Assembly (NCBI GenBank): GCA_046597055.1
Contig: JBKJLC010000080.1
Location: forward strand, 1 to 13,748
Reading direction: 5' to 3'
Length of the DNA: 13,748 nucleotides
Source: Kofleriaceae bacterium
GTDB taxonomy: Bacteria; Myxococcota_A; Polyangia; Haliangiales; Haliangiaceae
Of this stretch, positions 1 to 13,748 are shown in pieces. The notes beneath the pieces are model-generated. The model was not told the DNA's origin. It saw nothing but the letters and a program-made list of their open reading frames with translations, and did not search any database. How positions within the stretch are numbered: the first letter of the stretch is position 1; each line of letters opens with the position of its first letter. Both the position numbers and the translations under genes were made by a program.

Positions 1-4126
<4,126 letters not shown>

Positions 4127-4148
4127 TCAGTGCAGGGCCACAGGCGCC

Positions 4149-4180
4149 AGAAAGGCGACCGGCTCGGAGAGAGCCGGTCG
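4149..4180 (-). terminator. Hairpin in the rpoB-rpoC spacer (stabiliser, pause or weak terminator)
   Basis: Minus strand CGACCGGCTC-TCTCC-GAGCCGGTCG, a perfect 10-bp stem (4156-4180) followed by CCTTTCT, which is a poor U tract. Confidence 0.4.
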
Positions 4181-4205
4181 TGAGCAGGAAGAGTGGACGC
4201 GCGAA

Positions 4206-8408
<4,203 letters not shown>

Positions 8409-8666
8409 GGACGTATGTGCCCCTCGAGTTGATGAGCCGGTGCGGGACCGAGACGGAGGTGACTGGGCCGAGCGTGTCGGATCGTGCGATTGATTCTGCA
8501 GTTCGTCGTTGCAGCCGAAAATCAGCGCGCGCCCCCGACCGATCCGGCCCACGATGCGACGTGGAGCGGCGGTGGGAGCGGGCTGAGCTCGGCTGTAGCG
8601 ACGTCAGGAATCGCGAACCCCGTCTCGGCAAGCGCGGGCGTGCGTATAGCACGCTTTTGCGCGCGC

Positions 8667-8691
8667 AAGAAAAATCGCGCTTGCAAGCGCG
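8667..8691 (-). terminator. Candidate intrinsic terminator or attenuator between rplL and rpoB
   Basis: Minus strand CGCGCT-TGCA-AGCGCG followed by ATTTTTCTT. The position is analogous to the E. coli rplL-rpoB attenuator. Confidence 0.5.
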
Positions 8692-8716
8692 CGTGCCAAG
8701 TGACTGGAGAACGCGA

Positions 8717-8786
8717 CCCCGCTCCGATCGCAGGCATAAACCTGTGACATCGCTGCGCTTGTGCAGCGCAACGAACCGGAGCGGGG
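8717..8786 (-). other. Predicted three-way-junction RNA structure just downstream of rplL
   Basis: Outer stem CCCCGCTCCGGT/ATCGGAGCGGGG encloses hairpins TCGTTGCGCT/AGCGCAGCGA and CAGG/CCTG. Confidence 0.5.
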
Positions 8787-8799
8787 GATCGGTTGCAAA

Positions 8800-9177
8800 C
8801 TACTTGATCTCGACCTCGGCGCCCGCGTCCTTGAGCTTCTTGGCGATCTCGTCGGCCTCAGCCTTGTTGACGTTCGCCTTGACGTCCTTGGGAGCGCCGT
8901 CGACCAGGTCCTTGGCGTCCTTGAGGCCGAGACCGGTGATCTCGCGGACGACCTTGATGACGTTGATCGCCGTGGCGCCCTTGCTCTTGAGGACGACGGT
9001 GAACTCGGTCTGCGCCTCGACGGGCGGACCGGCGGCCGCCGCGGGGCCGGCGCTGGCGACGGCCACGGGGGCCGCCTTCACGCCCCACTTATCCTCGAGC
9101 TCCTTGGTGAGCTTGACGAGGTCCATGACGGACAGGGTGCTGAGATACTGGACGACGTCTTCGTTCGAAACGGACAT
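8800..9177 (-). CDS. rplL: 50S ribosomal protein L7/L12
   Basis: 125 aa with [19 protein letters not shown], an Ala-rich hinge, EFTVVL...[23 protein letters not shown] and [12 protein letters not shown]. Confidence 0.99.
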   Translation of the reverse strand: MSVSNEDVVQYLSTLSVMDLVKLTKELEDKWGVKAAPVAVASAGPAAAAGPPVEAQTEFTVVLKSKGATAINVIKVVREITGLGLKDAKDLVDGAPKDVKANVNKAEADEIAKKLKDAGAEVEIK

Positions 9178-9248
9178 GACTTGCCTCTGTTGGGTCTGCG
9201 TCTGCGTTGCCGAGCCAGCGGACGGCTCGTTAGGGACTGGGTGGTTCG

Positions 9249-9791
9249 TTACGAGCTACCCTCAGGCGACCCGCTCTCCAGCTGTCGCCGGCGCGCGTCG
9301 ATGAGGTAAGCGAAATTCTGGGGCCCGGCGATGATCTGGCGGACGAAGTCCGTCGGAGCGGCCAGGAACGTCATGAGCAGGCTGGCGCGGATCTCGTCCT
9401 TGCCCGGCATCTTCGCCAGCGAGTCGATGCCATTGGCATCGAGCGCCTGACCGTCGAAGTAGCCGCCGCGGATCTTCAACATCTTCGGCTGATCCTTGAG
9501 CCACTTGAGCGCGACCTTGGCCGGAGCCTGGGGCGCGTCGTAGGTCCAGATCACCGCCGTCGGGCCGGTCATCAGCGCGGTCATCGGCTCCATCGGCGAG
9601 CCCTTGACCGCGATCTTGACCAGCGAGTTCTTGATCACGCGGTAGTGACAGCCGTTCTTGCGGAAGTCGTCACGCATGGCGGTGACGACCGGGACCGTCA
9701 TCCCGGTGGAGTCGACGATGACGACCGACGAGACGTTCTCGAACGCCTGCTTGATCTCGCCGAGGATCTCGGCTTTGCCTGCTCTGTCCAT
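9249..9791 (-). CDS. rplJ: 50S ribosomal protein L10
   Basis: 180 aa with [28 protein letters not shown] and [15 protein letters not shown]. Lies between rplA and rplL. Confidence 0.97.
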   Translation of the reverse strand: MDRAGKAEILGEIKQAFENVSSVVIVDSTGMTVPVVTAMRDDFRKNGCHYRVIKNSLVKIAVKGSPMEPMTALMTGPTAVIWTYDAPQAPAKVALKWLKDQPKMLKIRGGYFDGQALDANGIDSLAKMPGKDEIRASLLMTFLAAPTDFVRQIIAGPQNFAYLIDARRRQLESGSPEGSS

Positions 9792-9851
9792 GGTGCTCTT
9801 CCGGTCAGCTCCGCGGGTGCGAAGCGGGTTGCTTGGTCATCAAAACGTTTC

Positions 9852-9893
9852 GACCCCTCGTCGGCCCAGGAGCGGGGCCAGAGACGAGGGGTC
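9852..9893 (-). other. Strong hairpin in the rplJ leader downstream of the L10 site
   Basis: GACCCCTCGTC/GACGAGGGGTC 11-bp stem with an inner GGCCC/GGGCC stem, followed on the minus strand by GAAACGTTTTG. Confidence 0.5.
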
Positions 9894-9934
9894 CACCTGC
9901 CCGGCCGTCTCGCGACGGCCGTGGAAGGCGACCT

Positions 9935-9992
9935 GGCTCAGTCTCCGCGGGGCCCTTAGTGGCCTTTCGGCCAGCCCGCTTCTCCGACAGCC
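9935..9992 (-). promoter_or_regulatory. Ribosomal protein L10 leader (L10(L12)n autoregulatory RNA)
   Basis: Minus strand GGCUGUC-GGAGAA-GCGGG-C-UGGCC-GAAA-GGCCA-C-UAA-GGGC-CCCGC-GGA-GAC has the architecture of the E. coli rplJ leader (GUC..AGA..GCAGG..hairpin..UAA..CCUGC-GUA-GAC) and sits upstream of rplJ. Confidence 0.85.
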
Positions 9993-10022
9993 TGGGTCGG
10001 TATGGGGAAGAAAAGAGTCCAG

Positions 10023-10730
<708 letters not shown>

Positions 10731-10746
10731 TGGATCCTCCGTGTGG

Positions 10747-10788
10747 CCCTGGTGAACGCCGTCAGCTCGCTCGCTGCGGCTCCCAGGG
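10747..10788 (-). promoter_or_regulatory. Ribosomal protein L1-binding autoregulatory element upstream of rplA
   Basis: Minus strand CCCUGG-GA-GCCG-CAGC(GAGCGA)GCUG-A-CGGC-GUUCA-CCAGGG: two helices around an asymmetric loop with the GGGAGCC...GGCGUU..ACC pattern of L1 operators, directly 5' of the rplA SD. Confidence 0.75.
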
Positions 10789-10811
10789 TGGTCACATCGG
10801 TGAGTGAATGT

Positions 10812-11234
10812 TCAGTCGACGACGTCGAGACCCATCGAGCGCGCGGTACCGGCCACAGACCGGTACGCTGCCTCGAGATCGGTCGTGTTGAGATCGGGGA
10901 GCTTCTGCTCGGCGATCTCGCGGACCTGCTGCGACGAGACCTTGCCGACCTTGGTCTTGTTGGGCTCGCCCGAGCCCTTCTCGATCTTGGCGGCCTTCTT
11001 CAGCAGGATCGCCGCGGGCGGCGTCTTGGTGATGAAGGTGAACGTACGGTCGGCGTACGCGGTGATGAGGACCGGAATGATCAGGTCGCCCATCTGCGCC
11101 GTCCGCGAGTTGAACTCCTTGCAGAACGCCATGATGTTGAGGCCGTGCTGGCCGAGAGCAGGGCCAACCGGCGGCGAGGGATTCGCCTTGCCGGCGGGGC
11201 ACTGGAGCTTGATGAGCGCGACAACCTTCTTCAT
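10812..11234 (-). CDS. rplK: 50S ribosomal protein L11
   Basis: 140 aa with [40 protein letters not shown] and VAGTARSMG. Confidence 0.99.
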   Translation of the reverse strand: MKKVVALIKLQCPAGKANPSPPVGPALGQHGLNIMAFCKEFNSRTAQMGDLIIPVLITAYADRTFTFITKTPPAAILLKKAAKIEKGSGEPNKTKVGKVSSQQVREIAEQKLPDLNTTDLEAAYRSVAGTARSMGLDVVD

Positions 11235-11293
11235 GACGCTTGCCTGTCGGTCCCGGGGACCGGAACGAGAGTCCGGAACGAAAAGGACCGGAT

Positions 11294-11884
11294 TTATGCT
11301 TTCTCAACCTGGGCGAAGTCAAGCTCGACCGGCGTAGCCCGACCGAATATCGAGACCAGGACCTTGACCTTCTGCTTATCCGGCTTGACCTCTTCGATCG
11401 CAGCCGAGAAGTTCGCGAAGGGACCGTCGACGACGCGGACGTTGTCACCGATCTCGAAGGTCACCTTGGCGCGCGGCTTGGCCGCCTTGCCTTCGGTGAC
11501 CTGAGTCTGGAGACCGGTAATCTCACGCTCGGGCACCGGGGTCGGCTTGGCGCCGCCCAGGAAGCCGGTGATCTTTGGGGTGTTCTTGACCAGCGTGAAC
11601 GTGCGGTCGTCGAGGACCATCTGCACGAACATGTAGCCGGGGAAGAACTTGCGGGTGGTCGTGCGGCGCTGGCCCTTGACCAGCTCCATCACGCTCTCCG
11701 TGGGAACCAGGACCTCGCCGAAGTACTCGGTGAGGTTGGCGTTGCGGACGCGCTCGAGCAGCGTCAGACGCGCCTTGTTCTCGTGCCCCGAGTAGGTGTG
11801 CACGATGTACCACTTCAGCAGCGCCTGAGGCGCGGCCGCGGGTGCGCCGGGCGCTACGTCGCCAGGCGTCGAATCAGCCACCAT
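11294..11884 (-). CDS. nusG: Transcription termination/antitermination factor NusG
   Basis: [41 protein letters not shown] motif [14 protein letters not shown] and [22 protein letters not shown] at 11884 with GGAG 7 nt upstream, overlapping secE by 11 nt. Confidence 0.99.
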   Translation of the reverse strand: MVADSTPGDVAPGAPAAAPQALLKWYIVHTYSGHENKARLTLLERVRNANLTEYFGEVLVPTESVMELVKGQRRTTTRKFFPGYMFVQMVLDDRTFTLVKNTPKITGFLGGAKPTPVPEREITGLQTQVTEGKAAKPRAKVTFEIGDNVRVVDGPFANFSAAIEEVKPDKQKVKVLVSIFGRATPVELDFAQVEKA

Positions 11885-12251
11885 AGATGAGCTCCGTCAG
11901 GTTCGACCAGATGGTGTCGAACAGCATGATCAACGACGCCGACACGATCGCCATGATGATGACGACCATGGTGGCGGCCTTGACCTCCTTGGCGCTCGGC
12001 CAGCTCACCTTCTTGAGCTCGCTCGCGACCTCGTTGGCCAGCGTGTGCACACGGTCATGCCGGTACAGAACGACGCCGACGGCCATGGCGAGCAGGCCAG
12101 CGACCAGGGTCACGTAGAGCTCGTTGGGCGTGGTGGCGAAGTAGCCCCAGATCCAGTCGAAGGACCACTTGGTGAGATAAAACACCACCAATGCACCACC
12201 GAGGTACATGAGGTGCACGGGTTTGTTTGGGGCGTTCTCTTGCTGGGCCAC
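11874..12251 (-). CDS. secE: Preprotein translocase subunit SecE (three-TM type)
   Basis: 125 aa with the [26 protein letters not shown] signature and three hydrophobic segments, between tRNA-Trp and nusG. The GTG start is less certain because the SD is weak. Confidence 0.95.
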   Translation of the reverse strand: MAQQENAPNKPVHLMYLGGALVVFYLTKWSFDWIWGYFATTPNELYVTLVAGLLAMAVGVVLYRHDRVHTLANEVASELKKVSWPSAKEVKAATMVVIIMAIVSASLIMLFDTIWSNLTELIYGG

Positions 12252-12315
12252 GGGGAAACTCTGGGGCTTGATCAGTAGCGTCGTCGACTGGTCGCTCGGG
12301 CAGGTCTTCAGGCAG

Positions 12316-12390
12316 TGGCAGGGGAGAACGGACTCGAACCGATAGCCCTCCGCTTTGGAGACGGATGCTCTACCATTGAGCTACTCCCCT
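12316..12390 (-). tRNA. tRNA-Trp (CCA)
   Basis: Cloverleaf AGGGGAG TA GCTC AATGGTA GAGC A TCCGT CT-CCA-AA GCGGA GGGCT ATCGG TTCGAGT CCGTT CTCCCCT G CCA. 75 nt, encoded CCA end, usual position upstream of secE. Confidence 0.97.
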
Positions 12391-12602
12391 AAGATATCGA
12401 CTACTTGACTCTCGCGTACAGTTGATGCAACACGGCCGACGTCGGTACAGACGGAAGCGGACGTTTACCTCAGATGGCAGAGCCGAGCAAGAGGCAAGCC
12501 TATGAATCGACGTTTGCCCTGCCCGATCGCGACTCCGCACCGTAATCAGCGGGCCCTGTCGCCCGCCCGTCGTCGCCATCACGGCGGCGTTGCATGGCCG
12601 CC

Positions 12603-12633
12603 AAACAGAAACGCCCAGCACGGGGCTGGGCGT
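12603..12633 (-). terminator. Rho-independent terminator downstream of tuf
   Basis: Minus strand ACGCCCAGC-CCCGT-GCTGGGCGT followed by TTCTGTTT, about 50 nt after the tuf stop. A second hairpin, CCTCCGGGC/GCCCGGAGG (12659-12679), precedes it. Confidence 0.8.
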
Positions 12634-12685
12634 CCTACGTGGCCGTGGCGGTCGGACTCCTCCGGGCCGGGCCCGGAGGGTCGGC

Positions 12686-13651
<966 letters not shown>

Positions 13652-13657
<6 letters not shown>

Positions 13658-13748
13658 GAGCACATCCTGCTCGCCCGCCAGGTCGGCGTTCCCTACATCG
13701 TCGTGTACTTGAACAAGTGCGACATGGTCGACGATCCCGAGCTCCTCG
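13652..13748 (+). other. tuf: Inverted internal fragment of a second tuf copy or allele
   Basis: The plus strand reads [32 protein letters not shown]. 13651-13748 is the reverse complement of 13435-13532 with 8 nucleotide differences in 7 codons, none changing the protein. Confidence 0.93.

Noticed and set aside
8409..8552. 48-aa N-terminal extension of RpoB in the ORF track
   Set aside because: Not RpoB-like. The ATG at 8408 has an SD and fits the expected N-terminus.
8682..8699. Sigma-54-like promoter TTGGCAC-GCGCGC-TTGCA on the minus strand
   Set aside because: There are 11 nt between GG and GC instead of the strict 10. Worth revisiting only if reads show an indel in the CG run.
13658..13663. 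Start codon at 13663 for a 325-aa EF-Tu
   Set aside because: It lies beyond the chimeric junction inside the inverted fragment, and such a protein would lack the P-loop.

Overview
High-GC bacterial window carrying the conserved tuf-tRNA(Trp)-secE-nusG-rplK-rplA-rplJ-rplL-rpoB-rpoC cluster on the minus strand. The RpoB/RpoC N-termini and the three-TM SecE suggest Myxococcota (inference). Two anomalies stand out. (1) rpoC has one in-frame TGA at codon 70, exactly where the first Cys of the beta' zinc-binding motif belongs ([22 protein letters not shown]). The frame stays open for about 1300 more codons, and a weak bSECIS-like hairpin follows. This is either a single-base error or UGA recoding (Sec/Cys) in RNA polymerase. 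(2) tuf lacks its 5' end and is joined at a GACGCGT microhomology to an inverted, synonymously diverged second tuf fragment at the right edge, probably a chimeric contig end. Also present: an L10 leader, an L1-binding element in front of rplA, a terminator after tuf with no rpmG, and a structured rplL-rpoB spacer.
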